Virus record (IMG/VR): IMGVR_UViG_3300045988_128742 | Origin: a virus | Lineage: Duplodnaviria > Heunggongvirae > Uroviricota > Caudoviricetes | Length of the DNA stretch: 33,825 nt | Reading direction: 5' to 3' (one strand) | Shown here: positions 1 to 7,169 of the stretch, piece after piece | How positions within the stretch are numbered: the first letter of the stretch is position 1 | Layout: the number at the start of each line of letters is the position of its first letter | Notes under the pieces: model-generated | Databases searched by the model: none | Told to the model about the DNA's origin: nothing | The model's input: only the letters and a program-made list of their open reading frames with translations | Translations under genes and position numbers: made by a program

Positions 1-11
1 CCTCTTGCAGG

Positions 12-87
12 GCCGATATAGCTCAGTTGGTAGAGCAGCGCATTCGTAATGCGAAGGTCGTAGGTTCGACTCCTATTATCGGCACCA
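12..87 (+). tRNA. thrW: tRNA-Thr, anticodon CGT (reads ACG)
   Basis: 76-nt cloverleaf read by eye: acceptor stem GCCGATA/TATCGGC, D-arm GCTCAGTTGGTAGAGC, anticodon stem GCGCA/TGCGA with loop TTCGTAA, T-arm GGTTCGACTCC, discriminator A and encoded CCA. Confidence 0.9.
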
Positions 88-101
88 TTAAAATCAATAA
101 G

Positions 102-1265
102 TTACACATCATTAGTACCTTCCTTATTTTTTGACTGGGACAAATTTGGGACCGATGGGTTCAGGATCGAGTCTATTTGCCGTGCGTGTTCGGTAAGGTG
201 ATTAGGTGCAAGGTGAGCATATCGACGAACCATTTCGATAGACTCCCAGCCTCCCATTTCCTGTAACACTGACAACGGGACTCCGGCTTGAACCAGCCAA
301 CTTGCCCAGGTGTGTCTCAAGTCGTGAAATCTGAAATCATCAATACCTGCTCGTCTCAGCGCCGCTTTCCAGGCTGTGTTTGCGTCATACCGCATCTTCC
401 TGACCGTTGGCGCTTTCGTTCCGTCTGGTTTGGTACAGCTTTCCTTGTACACAAATACCCAACGGTGATGATTCCCGATTTGTTTTTTCAATACGCGACA
501 TGCAGTATCATTCAGCGCAACGCCAATTGCGCGGTTTGATTTACTCTCTTCCGGGTTTATCCATGCCACCCGGCGCTGCATATCTATTTGTTGCCATTCA
601 AGGTTGATGATGTTCGAGCGTCTTAAGCCTGTTGCCAGTGCAAATTCAACAACAGACTTTAATGGCTCCGGACATTCATCAATCAGCCTTTGTGCTTCAT
701 GGGGCTCCAGCCAGCGGATCCGTTTATTCTTTGGTTGAGGCACTTTAATAATTGGTGCCTTATCCAGCATTTTCCATTCACGCTCTGCGGCTCTTAGTAG
801 GGCCTTTATAAATGAAAGATGCGTAGCCTTCGTTGCAACGGACGCTGGTTTTGGCGTGTATTCTGGAACAGGTTTCCCTTTTTTTCTGCATGCTTCTGCC
901 CTGAGTTTCCAGTTTTCCTCATGACGCCGGTTCGTCATTTTCTGCATTGCTGAATAAATTTTTGATTCAGTAATGTCTCTTAGTTGCATTCCTGCGAAAT
1001 GTTGAAGCCAGAATCCGATCCGGCTTTTGTCATCGTCCAGTGATTTTTTATGTGCTTTCTCTTCAAGCCACCTGACACACGCTTCCTCGAACGTTATATC
1101 AGGTATTTCACCAAGTTTGCTGACCCGCCATGCTTCAGCCTTTAGCTTGTCATGGAGTTCTGTCGCCTGCCTTTTGTCCTTTGTTCCAAGAGACTGTTTA
1201 AATCTTTTACCGTTCGGCAATGTGAAACTGGCGTACCATATTTCACCTCTGCGGAAGAGTGACAT
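102..1265 (-). CDS. int: Tyrosine site-specific integrase, P22-type
   Basis: 387-aa ORF ending 15 bp from the tRNA 3' end. C-terminal catalytic motifs HDLRHTWAS and VRRYAHL; N-terminus [14 protein letters not shown] matches the P22 Int family as I recall it. ATG at 1265 with GAGGAAAG Shine-Dalgarno (SD) upstream. Confidence 0.95.
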   Translation of the reverse strand: MSLFRRGEIWYASFTLPNGKRFKQSLGTKDKRQATELHDKLKAEAWRVSKLGEIPDITFEEACVRWLEEKAHKKSLDDDKSRIGFWLQHFAGMQLRDITESKIYSAMQKMTNRRHEENWKLRAEACRKKGKPVPEYTPKPASVATKATHLSFIKALLRAAEREWKMLDKAPIIKVPQPKNKRIRWLEPHEAQRLIDECPEPLKSVVEFALATGLRRSNIINLEWQQIDMQRRVAWINPEESKSNRAIGVALNDTACRVLKKQIGNHHRWVFVYKESCTKPDGTKAPTVRKMRYDANTAWKAALRRAGIDDFRFHDLRHTWASWLVQAGVPLSVLQEMGGWESIEMVRRYAHLAPNHLTEHARQIDSILNPSVPNLSQSKNKEGTNDV

Positions 1266-1492
1266 TTTCTTTCCTCTGTTATGCCATCACCCGCGCTCAC
1301 CTGGACAGTATGCAGCGGAGACTGAAGAGCCGCAATGCAGGCTTGTCGTGTTGTGAGGTAAGGAGATTTATTCTTAGTGGGATCTTTGCGTGTTGCCTGA
1401 AGACGCCCTGTGCGTATCCAGTTAATGGCAGTCGGTCTGGATATCTTGAGAAAATGACAGGCCTCATCGAGTGTGAGGCTGTATGGCTCCAT
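1142..1492 (-). CDS. xis: Excisionase (116 aa from internal [18 protein letters not shown])
   Basis: Small ORF directly upstream of int on the same strand, overlapping the int 5' end by 124 nt; winged-helix-like N-terminus. Start at 1492 forms a TAATG overlap with the stop of the upstream ORF. Size matches P22 Xis from memory. Confidence 0.7.
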   Translation of the reverse strand: MEPYSLTLDEACHFLKISRPTAINWIRTGRLQATRKDPTKNKSPYLTTRQACIAALQSPLHTVQVSAGDGITEERKCHSSAEVKYGTPVSHCRTVKDLNSLLEQRTKGRRQNSMTS

Positions 1493-1797
1493 TATTTCAC
1501 CTCTTGCTGTGACATTGTTGAAAAATGGATACCAGCTCGTTGCTGCCAGACGATCCAACCGAGAGTCATATCCCATGCCATGTATTCGTTATCGCCGTTT
1601 TTTGCTCTCCGACGATCTACTAAGTCACCGAAACGCTTTTCCATGAATAATTCATAAGCTTCGCGTTCATCTGGTTCTACTTCCAGCGATAGGAGTGCGA
1701 TTTCATAAGCACGGCGCTCAATATCGTCTCGCACGTCAAGGCTGCTGATACGCTCTTTAATTTCTTTAATCAGTTCTTTGTCGGTAAAAGTGATCAT
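1492..1797 (-). CDS. Hypothetical early protein (101 aa, acidic)
   Basis: ORF translationally coupled to the upstream gene by TAATG at 1797 and to xis by TAATG at 1492; no recognisable domain. Confidence 0.55.
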   Translation of the reverse strand: MITFTDKELIKEIKERISSLDVRDDIERRAYEIALLSLEVEPDEREAYELFMEKRFGDLVDRRRAKNGDNEYMAWDMTLGWIVWQQRAGIHFSTMSQQEVK

Positions 1798-2153
1798 TAT
1801 GCTCCAGCCTCCGGTGCTTTTGGCATTATTGCCCAGTGAGTGATATTGACGTTTTCAAGGTCCCCGACCTGAAATGTCCACTGCCATTCTCCGGTTTCTT
1901 TTTGTCCCCAGGTGTACCAGAGAGAACGCCAGCCAATTAGCCAGCCTTCTCCGTTAGCATCGAATAACAAAACACTTTCATTTGCTGGTGGCAGTTCAGC
2001 TGACACTGGTATTACTTTGTTTTCCTGTGCTGCACATTTAGCTTCAAGCGCATCGAATTTACGCACCAGGTATTCAGCATCTGTTTCATTTACTTTCAGA
2101 TCTCGCGGTACACATCTCCCACGAAGAAACCCTTCCATTTCGAAAACATTCAT
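1797..2153 (-). CDS. Hypothetical early protein (Trp-rich C-terminus)
   Basis: ORF in the leftward operon; the second ATG (2153) overlaps the HD-gene stop as ATGA, suggesting coupling. Confidence 0.55.
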   Translation of the reverse strand: MNVFEMEGFLRGRCVPRDLKVNETDAEYLVRKFDALEAKCAAQENKVIPVSAELPPANESVLLFDANGEGWLIGWRSLWYTWGQKETGEWQWTFQVGDLENVNITHWAIMPKAPEAGA

Positions 2154-2686
2154 GCGCATTTGCGTAACTCCGATAACTCGTTAAAACGTTCCATAAACAT
2201 CCCGTAGGCATGGCCCGGTGCCTGTGGAATCACTTTGAACATCTCTGTTGCCGGGATACCTTCCAGTACAGGCCAGAAAGAGCCATCATCAAGCCCGAGA
2301 TCGCGGCGTTCGGTTGCCAGCATAATGAGATCGGCATATTTCACTGGCGTGCTCATAACAGGAGGTAACCCGTATTTCTCACGTATTACGGCGTCTATTT
2401 TTTCTTCCATCCGTTTATAGTCAGGAAGAAGTCGTTTCAGTGGTGCGGGGATGTCCTGGCAATATGCTTCTGTTGCATCATGCATTAAAGCTTCAAAAGC
2501 AAATTCCTGTGGCACCAGCTGGCTGCAAAGCACCGCATGTTGGGCGACACTGTAGAAGTGTGAAAGATGTCCTGCAAAGCGACAGATATTTGAAAGGGAA
2601 ACCGCGATATCGTTAATAACGATGTCGTCTTTATTTATCCTGTCATAATAAAAATGCTTCCCGGAAAAAGTTTTAATAAATGACAT
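2150..2686 (-). CDS. HD-domain phosphohydrolase (YfbR-like 5'-deoxynucleotidase family)
   Basis: Translation contains the H...HD metal-binding signature (FAGHLSHF ... ALMHDATEAY). Start assigned to ATG at 2686 (MSFIKTF) with GGAG SD; the track ORF begins at an upstream GTG (2713). Confidence 0.75.
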   Translation of the reverse strand: MSFIKTFSGKHFYYDRINKDDIVINDIAVSLSNICRFAGHLSHFYSVAQHAVLCSQLVPQEFAFEALMHDATEAYCQDIPAPLKRLLPDYKRMEEKIDAVIREKYGLPPVMSTPVKYADLIMLATERRDLGLDDGSFWPVLEGIPATEMFKVIPQAPGHAYGMFMERFNELSELRKCA

Positions 2687-2741
2687 TTTGTTCTCCACGT
2701 ATATGCGCTGCACCGCGCTGAATTCGGGTAAAAGGAAGCCC

Positions 2742-3190
2742 TCACCGTCCGGCGATTATTGAGTCAATTACATTTCCATAAATGCCCCCGTAGGGGCGGT
2801 TAGTTTCTCCACAAAACAGAGAAGAACACCTGCGGTGGCAGCCGCCCGGATGGATTGGGTTATGAGCCCGTCGTCCGGTGATGCTCTTCTCTGTTTTGTA
2901 AAAAGGACGGTACCAGCCGGAAGCAAGGGTACAAGCTGGTACCGCCAAGACTACACACAGCATAAAGTTGTGGTGCCGGGTGCCTCCCGGTGCCTGGCGA
3001 AGGTTGCACACCAGGCGGGTGGGTATCCACAGAAGGTCGACTGTCAGCCTCAACCTTAACCCGCGTGCGCTGAGCCGCATTCACCACAACGCTAAGGATT
3101 CTCTCTGGTTGAAAATACTTAGCTGTTATGTGCCTGTCTTTTCACCACTTCAGGCTCGGTGGTATCCTTTTAAGCCCGTATACATAAAAG
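2742..3190. other. GC-rich, ORF-poor structured region (candidate ncRNA or cis-acting RNA element)
   Basis: No protein-like ORF in any frame. Perfect 15-bp inverted repeat ACAAAACAGAGAAGA (2811-2825) / TCTTCTCTGTTTTGT (2885-2899) around a 59-nt GC-rich spacer; second 9-bp inverted repeat GGTACCAGC (2909-2917) / GCTGGTACC (2935-2943); hairpin GCCCC-CGTA-GGGGC at 2784-2797. Confidence 0.4.
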
Positions 3191-3199
3191 GAAAATCAA

Positions 3200-3445
3200 A
3201 TGACTTTTGATGAAAAAGAACTTGATAATGCAATTAATAAAATCATCGTAACGTCGCTCTTTTCCTGTCTCAGCGACACTCAGCAAAAACAGTTCTACGA
3301 ATCGGCTTTCAACATGATCGAGCGTTGTTGTTTCTGCGATGCCGACGAGTTACCTGAAAAAATCAGGAAACAGTTGGCTGATGCTCTTCGAGTGCGACTT
3401 TCTGACCAATTTTCTGAAATGTACTCTCCGAATTTGGACAAATAG
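3200..3445 (+). CDS. Hypothetical protein (81 aa), AT-rich
   Basis: ORF with AAGGA SD 9 nt upstream of ATG; opposite orientation to the surrounding leftward operon; its 3' end overlaps the convergent ORF 3363-3638. Confidence 0.4.
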   Translation: MTFDEKELDNAINKIIVTSLFSCLSDTQQKQFYESAFNMIERCCFCDADELPEKIRKQLADALRVRLSDQFSEMYSPNLDK

Positions 3446-3638
3446 AAAAAGGCCATTTCCATTCAGGGTCTGATGGAAATACTTCAGCCTGTTCCAAAGC
3501 ACGGCGTAAAGAGAACACAACTCCAGCCATAATCTGATGTTTCCCATTGGTCCAGCTATCGCCGCTCTGATCTACAGGGGCGGCTATGTCGTATGACCAA
3601 ACGACTTCACAGTTATTGTTTAAAATCTGGACTTTCAT
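3363..3638 (-). CDS. Hypothetical protein, first ORF downstream of the predicted PL promoter
   Basis: Track ORF 3363-3680; start assigned to the internal ATG (MKVQILNNN) preceded by AGGTG SD. No arginine-rich N-like motif. Confidence 0.45.
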   Translation of the reverse strand: MKVQILNNNCEVVWSYDIAAPVDQSGDSWTNGKHQIMAGVVFSLRRALEQAEVFPSDPEWKWPFSICPNSESTFQKIGQKVALEEHQPTVS

Positions 3639-3747
3639 TTCATACACCTGCTTTAACATGAGTGCCTGGTGGCACAACATGACTCAACGAATCATCCTGG
3701 ACTTCATATGCCCCAGGCGGCTACTTCGTGGGCGTCCTGCCTGTACG

Positions 3748-3792
3748 TTGTTTCGCTTGGGTACATTATGTATCTCAAAGGTACATTGTCAA
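3748..3792 (-). promoter_or_regulatory. Predicted PL-like leftward promoter with two operator-like sites
   Basis: On the minus strand: -35 TTGACA (3792-3787), 16-bp spacer, -10 CATAAT (3770-3765). Overlapping operator-like sites ATGTATC-N5-GGTACAT (3768-3786) and TTGTTTC-N5-GGTACAT (3748-3766) resemble the OR palindrome. Confidence 0.5.
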
Positions 3793-3795
3793 GTA

Positions 3796-3820
3796 TAAAA
3801 AAACCTGCCGAAGCAGGTTC
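3796..3820 (-). terminator. Intrinsic terminator downstream of cI
   Basis: Minus-strand RNA: stem ACCTGC / GCAGGT with UUCG tetraloop followed by seven U; lies 12 bp past the cI stop. Confidence 0.7.
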
Positions 3821-3831
3821 ATAAACATTGA

Positions 3832-4506
3832 TTAGGCTTTGATTTTGTATCTTCTTGGTTTTCCTGAGAAAATCACTGTACCAATTATAGAGCAATTACC
3901 GTTGATCTTAATGTAAGGCTCAGGCCAGTTTGGGTTTAACGCTTTGAGATAACGCTGTGTCCCATCTTCTATCAACCTTTTGAAGGTGGTTTCGCCTGTA
4001 TCGTGCATCAATGCAATAACGTCGTCACCGTGGCAGGCAGGTACTTCAGGATCGACAAAAATCATGTCTCCCGGGCGGTACTCATCAATCATTGAATCAC
4101 CTATCACCCGCAAGATATAAGTCATTTCCCCACAGGGTACAGGGCAGGGATACGTTTCTGCTGTGCTCAAATCAACCTCAGAATATCCAACTTCTTTCCA
4201 TGCTCCGGCCTGTACCCATGATATGACAGGGACTAATGTGATTTGTTTATTAGTGATTGAAACATCAGGTTTTTTTGTGATGTTCGTTGTCTGGTGTTCT
4301 TGATCGAGCCATCCGACAGGCAGGTCGAAACATTTTTCGATGTGTCGTGCCATGCTGTCACCGATATTTTTAGTAGCACCATCTCCCATAAACCTGCTGG
4401 TCTGGGTTGGCTCGCGATCAATCATAGTGGCAAAGGAAGAATTCCCGCCAACACCATCTCTCAGTTTTCTGGCGTTAGACCGCCGGATGTCATGGATTGT
4501 TTTCAT
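3832..4506 (-). CDS. cI: CI-type prophage repressor (N-terminal HTH, C-terminal S24 LexA-like autopeptidase domain)
   Basis: 224 aa; C-terminal domain has the Ser (GDSM) and Lys (TFKRL) dyad context typical of LexA/CI autocleavage; divergent from cro across an operator-rich intergenic region. No SD upstream of the ATG. Confidence 0.85.
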   Translation of the reverse strand: MKTIHDIRRSNARKLRDGVGGNSSFATMIDREPTQTSRFMGDGATKNIGDSMARHIEKCFDLPVGWLDQEHQTTNITKKPDVSITNKQITLVPVISWVQAGAWKEVGYSEVDLSTAETYPCPVPCGEMTYILRVIGDSMIDEYRPGDMIFVDPEVPACHGDDVIALMHDTGETTFKRLIEDGTQRYLKALNPNWPEPYIKINGNCSIIGTVIFSGKPRRYKIKA

Positions 4507-4596
4507 AACGAAATTAAAACCCTTGTACCGTTAAGGTACAAGTATCTTGAAGGTTCATTTCAATCATGTAATATGTACACCGGAGGTACATATTGT
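4507..4596. promoter_or_regulatory. OR-like region with divergent PR and PRM promoters and palindromic operators
   Basis: 21-bp perfect palindrome CTTGTACCGTTAAGGTACAAG (4522-4542); second site TGTACACCGGAGGTACA (4574-4590). Plus-strand PR: -35 TTGAAG (4547-4552), 16-bp spacer, -10 TAATAT (4569-4574). Minus-strand PRM candidate: -35 TTGTAC (within operator), 17 bp, -10 TTTAAT (4518-4513), 6 nt before the cI ATG. Confidence 0.6.
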
Positions 4597-4797
4597 ATGA
4601 AAGCGTATTGGGACTCTTTAACCAAAGAACAGCAGGGCGAGTTGGCCGGAAAAGTTGGCTCAACACCTGGCTACTTACGGCTGGTTTTCAATGGCTATAA
4701 AAAAGCCAGTTTTGTGCTGGCTAAAAAACTTGAGCAATGCACGTCAGGTGCAATTACGAAATCTGACTTAAGACCGGATATCTATCCGAAAGATTAG
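4597..4797 (+). CDS. cro: Cro-like HTH repressor (66 aa)
   Basis: Small ORF divergent from cI; GGAGG SD 8 nt upstream of ATG 4597; helix-turn-helix-like segment QGELAGKVGSTPGYLRLVFNG. The track ORF 4294-4797 extends upstream in frame with no plausible start. Confidence 0.8.
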   Translation: MKAYWDSLTKEQQGELAGKVGSTPGYLRLVFNGYKKASFVLAKKLEQCTSGAITKSDLRPDIYPKD

Positions 4798-4828
4798 CAG
4801 AACACTTTCAATTTTTAACCACAGAACG

Positions 4829-5392
4829 ATGAGGCTAACCGTGGGTAAGCATCACTGGAAAATAGAAAAACAGCCTGAGTGGTACGTGAAAGCTGTCAGA
4901 AAAACTATCGCGGCGTTGCCGGGTGGTTACGCTGAAGCGGCTGACTGGCTCGATGTAACAGAAAACGCTTTATTCAACCGCCTTCGTGCAGATGGCGATC
5001 AGATTTTCCCGCTGGGATGGGCAATGGTTTTACAGCGTGCTGGTGGCACTCACTTCATTGCTGATGCTGTGGCGCAGTCTGCAAATGGCGTCTTTGTGTC
5101 TCTTCCTGACGTGGAGGATGTGGACAACGCCGATATCAACCAACGCCTGCTGGAAGTCATTGAACAGATCGGCAGTTATTCAAAACAGATTCGTTCAGCA
5201 ATTGAAGACGGTGTAGTGGAACCGCATGAGAAGACAGCAATTAACGATGAGCTGTACCTCTCAATTTCGAAGCTGCAGGAGCATGCAGCACTGGTCTACA
5301 AAATCTTTTGCGTTTCAGAAAGTAGTGACGCCCGCGAGTGTGCAGCTCCGGGCGCCGTGGCGTGTCGTGACTGTGGAGAAACTAACGCATGA
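4829..5392 (+). CDS. CII-like regulatory protein (possible YdaT/CII family)
   Basis: 187-aa ORF immediately after cro, the canonical cII position; family assignment from memory only. Alternative GTG start at 4841 has a better SD (GAGG). Confidence 0.5.
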   Translation: MRLTVGKHHWKIEKQPEWYVKAVRKTIAALPGGYAEAADWLDVTENALFNRLRADGDQIFPLGWAMVLQRAGGTHFIADAVAQSANGVFVSLPDVEDVDNADINQRLLEVIEQIGSYSKQIRSAIEDGVVEPHEKTAINDELYLSISKLQEHAALVYKIFCVSESSDARECAAPGAVACRDCGETNA

Positions 5393-5727
5393 ACAGTTTA
5401 ACAACACACTACCGTCGCTCGCAACTGATTGCGCTTCCTGTACCGGGTGGAAAAGCGAAGGTGGAGTATTGCTATGCAGTAAATGTACCAGGTGACAGGG
5501 AAATTGTAACCCACAGCTTTGCAGAGTGGGCTGTGGGTGATTTCAACCGGCAGAAGGAGACAGTCCTTTGCGACAAGTTAACCGCTGGTTCAAAGATCAC
5601 TACGGAGTGCCCGTCAGAGTCATTCGTTGGGAACCGGAAACACAACGGGTTATCTACCTCCGCGAAGGCTATGAGCATGAGTGCTTCAGTCCGCTCGAAC
5701 AGTTTCGTCGTAAATTCAGGGAAATAG
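5389..5727 (+). CDS. Hypothetical protein (112 aa)
   Basis: ORF whose ATG overlaps the upstream stop as ATGA; ends 10 bp before the replication gene. Low-complexity C-terminus lowers confidence. Confidence 0.4.
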   Translation: MNSLTTHYRRSQLIALPVPGGKAKVEYCYAVNVPGDREIVTHSFAEWAVGDFNRQKETVLCDKLTAGSKITTECPSESFVGNRKHNGLSTSAKAMSMSASVRSNSFVVNSGK

Positions 5728-5736
5728 AGGTCGGTC

Positions 5737-6678
5737 ATGAGCACTAAATTAACCGGCTATGTATGGGATGGTTGCGCAGCGTCAGGCATGAAATTATCCA
5801 GCGTGGCAATTATGGCCCGCCTGGCTGATTTCAGTAATGACGAAGGTGTGTGCTGGCCATCAATTGAAACCATTGCCCGCCAGATTGGCGCGGGGATGAG
5901 TACCGTCAGAACGGCTATCGCACGGCTGGAAGCAGAAGGCTGGTTAACGCGTAAGGCGCGTCGCCAGGGTAACCGCAATGCGTCGAATGTTTATCAGCTT
6001 AACGTTGCGAAGCTTCAGGCAGCGGCATTTTCTCAACTGTCAGATTCTGACCCGTCAAAATCTGACGCATCAAAATCTGACCCGTCAAAATTTGATGCGT
6101 CGAAATCTGGCAAAAAAGCGGGTTTTCACCCGTCAGAATCTGGCGGGGATCCGTCAGTAAAATCAAAACATGATCCGTCAGATAAAAAACCTTCTCGTCC
6201 GGACGCTTCGCAACCGGACACGCAGACGGCTGAACAGGATTTTTTAACTCGCCATCCTGATGCGGTTGTATTCAGCCCTAAAAAACGCCAGTGGGGGACG
6301 CAGGATGATTTGACCTGCGCACAGTGGCTCTGGAAAAAAATCATCGCCCTGTACGAGCAGGCTGCCGAATGTGACGGCGAGGTGGTTCGTCCCAAAGAAC
6401 CGAACTGGACAGCCTGGGCAAACGAAATTCGCCTGATGTGTGTGCAGGATGGTCGTACTCACAAACAAATCTGCGAGATGTACAGCCGCGTCAGCCGCGA
6501 TCCGTTCTGGTGCCGTAACGTGCTCAGCCCGTCGAAGCTGCGGGAAAAATGGGATGAGCTTTCCCTGCGCTTATCGCCGTCCGTCAGCACATACACAGAA
6601 AAACGTGAAGATCCGTACTTCAAATCCAGTTACGACAACGTGGACTACAGCCAGATCCCGGCAGGATTCAGGGGGTGA
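5737..6678 (+). CDS. Replication initiator protein (lambda O-like role; N-terminal winged-helix DNA-binding domain) with internal origin
   Basis: 313 aa; N-terminal HTH-like region SIETIARQIGAGMSTVRTAIARLEAEGWL; central tandem peptide repeat DPSKS/DASKS encoded by DNA iterons; GAGG SD upstream of ATG. Confidence 0.75.
   Translation: MSTKLTGYVWDGCAASGMKLSSVAIMARLADFSNDEGVCWPSIETIARQIGAGMSTVRTAIARLEAEGWLTRKARRQGNRNASNVYQLNVAKLQAAAFSQLSDSDPSKSDASKSDPSKFDASKSGKKAGFHPSESGGDPSVKSKHDPSDKKPSRPDASQPDTQTAEQDFLTRHPDAVVFSPKKRQWGTQDDLTCAQWLWKKIIALYEQAAECDGEVVRPKEPNWTAWANEIRLMCVQDGRTHKQICEMYSRVSRDPFWCRNVLSPSKLREKWDELSLRLSPSVSTYTEKREDPYFKSSYDNVDYSQIPAGFRG
6037..6190 (+). repeat. Iteron array (candidate phage origin of replication) inside the replication initiator gene
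   Basis: Five abutting 15-bp direct repeats (6037-6111), approximate consensus CCGTCAAAATCTGAC, plus three further spaced copies (6129-6144, 6152-6165, 6175-6190) and an adjacent A-rich tract. Confidence 0.7.
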
Positions 6679-6680
6679 TC

Positions 6681-7169
6681 ATGAGTCTTTTGAATGAAGT
6701 TCAGAAATTCATTGAAGCCCATCCGGGGTGTACTTCCGGAGACATTGCGGATGCTTTTGCAGGTTACTCACGGCAGCGCGTTCTGCAGTCAGCAAGCAAG
6801 TTACGTCAGAGTGGGCGTGTGGCTCACCGTTGTGAAGGAGATACACGCAGACATTTCTCGCGCCTGACTGAGAGAGCGCAGGAGCCGGAACCACAACCAG
6901 TTCGTGAAACCAGACCTGTGCGCAAGTTCTATGTCGGCACTAACGACCCCCGGGTGATTTTGTGCCTGACCCGCCAGGCTGAAGAACTGGAGTCGAGGGG
7001 CTTATACCGTCGTGCTGCAACGGTGTGGATGGCGGCATTCCGTGAAAGCCACTCCCAGCCAGAACGAAACAATTTTCTGGCGCGTCGTGAACGGTGTTTA
7101 CGGAAAAGCAGTAAGCGGGCTGCATCAGGTGAAGAGTGGTATCTCTCAGGGAATTACGTGGGGGCTTAA
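6681..7169 (+). CDS. Putative regulator with PerC-like C-terminal motif
   Basis: Track ORF starts at GTG 6675; ATG at 6681 preferred. C-terminal segment LESRGLYRRAATVWMAAF...ERNNFLARRERCL resembles the PerC/Pch family as recalled; N-terminal half looks winged-helix-like. Confidence 0.45.
   Translation: MSLLNEVQKFIEAHPGCTSGDIADAFAGYSRQRVLQSASKLRQSGRVAHRCEGDTRRHFSRLTERAQEPEPQPVRETRPVRKFYVGTNDPRVILCLTRQAEELESRGLYRRAATVWMAAFRESHSQPERNNFLARRERCLRKSSKRAASGEEWYLSGNYVGA

Noticed and set aside
288-607. Plus-strand ORFs 288-539 and 407-607
   Set aside because: They lie entirely antisense within the well-supported integrase gene and have low-complexity, Cys/Arg-rich translations typical of shadow ORFs.
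2742-3087. Minus-strand ORFs 2742-3080 and 2860-3087 and plus-strand ORFs 2835-3059 and 2968-3210 as genes
   Set aside because: Translations are Arg/Cys/Pro-rich junk in mutually overlapping frames with no SD-start context; better explained as open frames in GC-rich non-coding sequence.
2742-3190. Retron msr/msd or type III toxin-antitoxin RNA
   Set aside because: No reverse transcriptase gene is adjacent and no tandem direct repeats are present; only inverted repeats were found, so the region is left as an unclassified structured element.
4294-4797. 167-aa ORF as an extended Cro
   Set aside because: The upstream 100 codons run antisense through cI and across the operators; the SD-preceded ATG at 4597 gives a 66-aa Cro of typical size.
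6126-6468. Minus-strand ORFs inside the replication initiator gene
   Set aside because: Antisense to a coding region with clear domain content; Cys-rich low-complexity translation.
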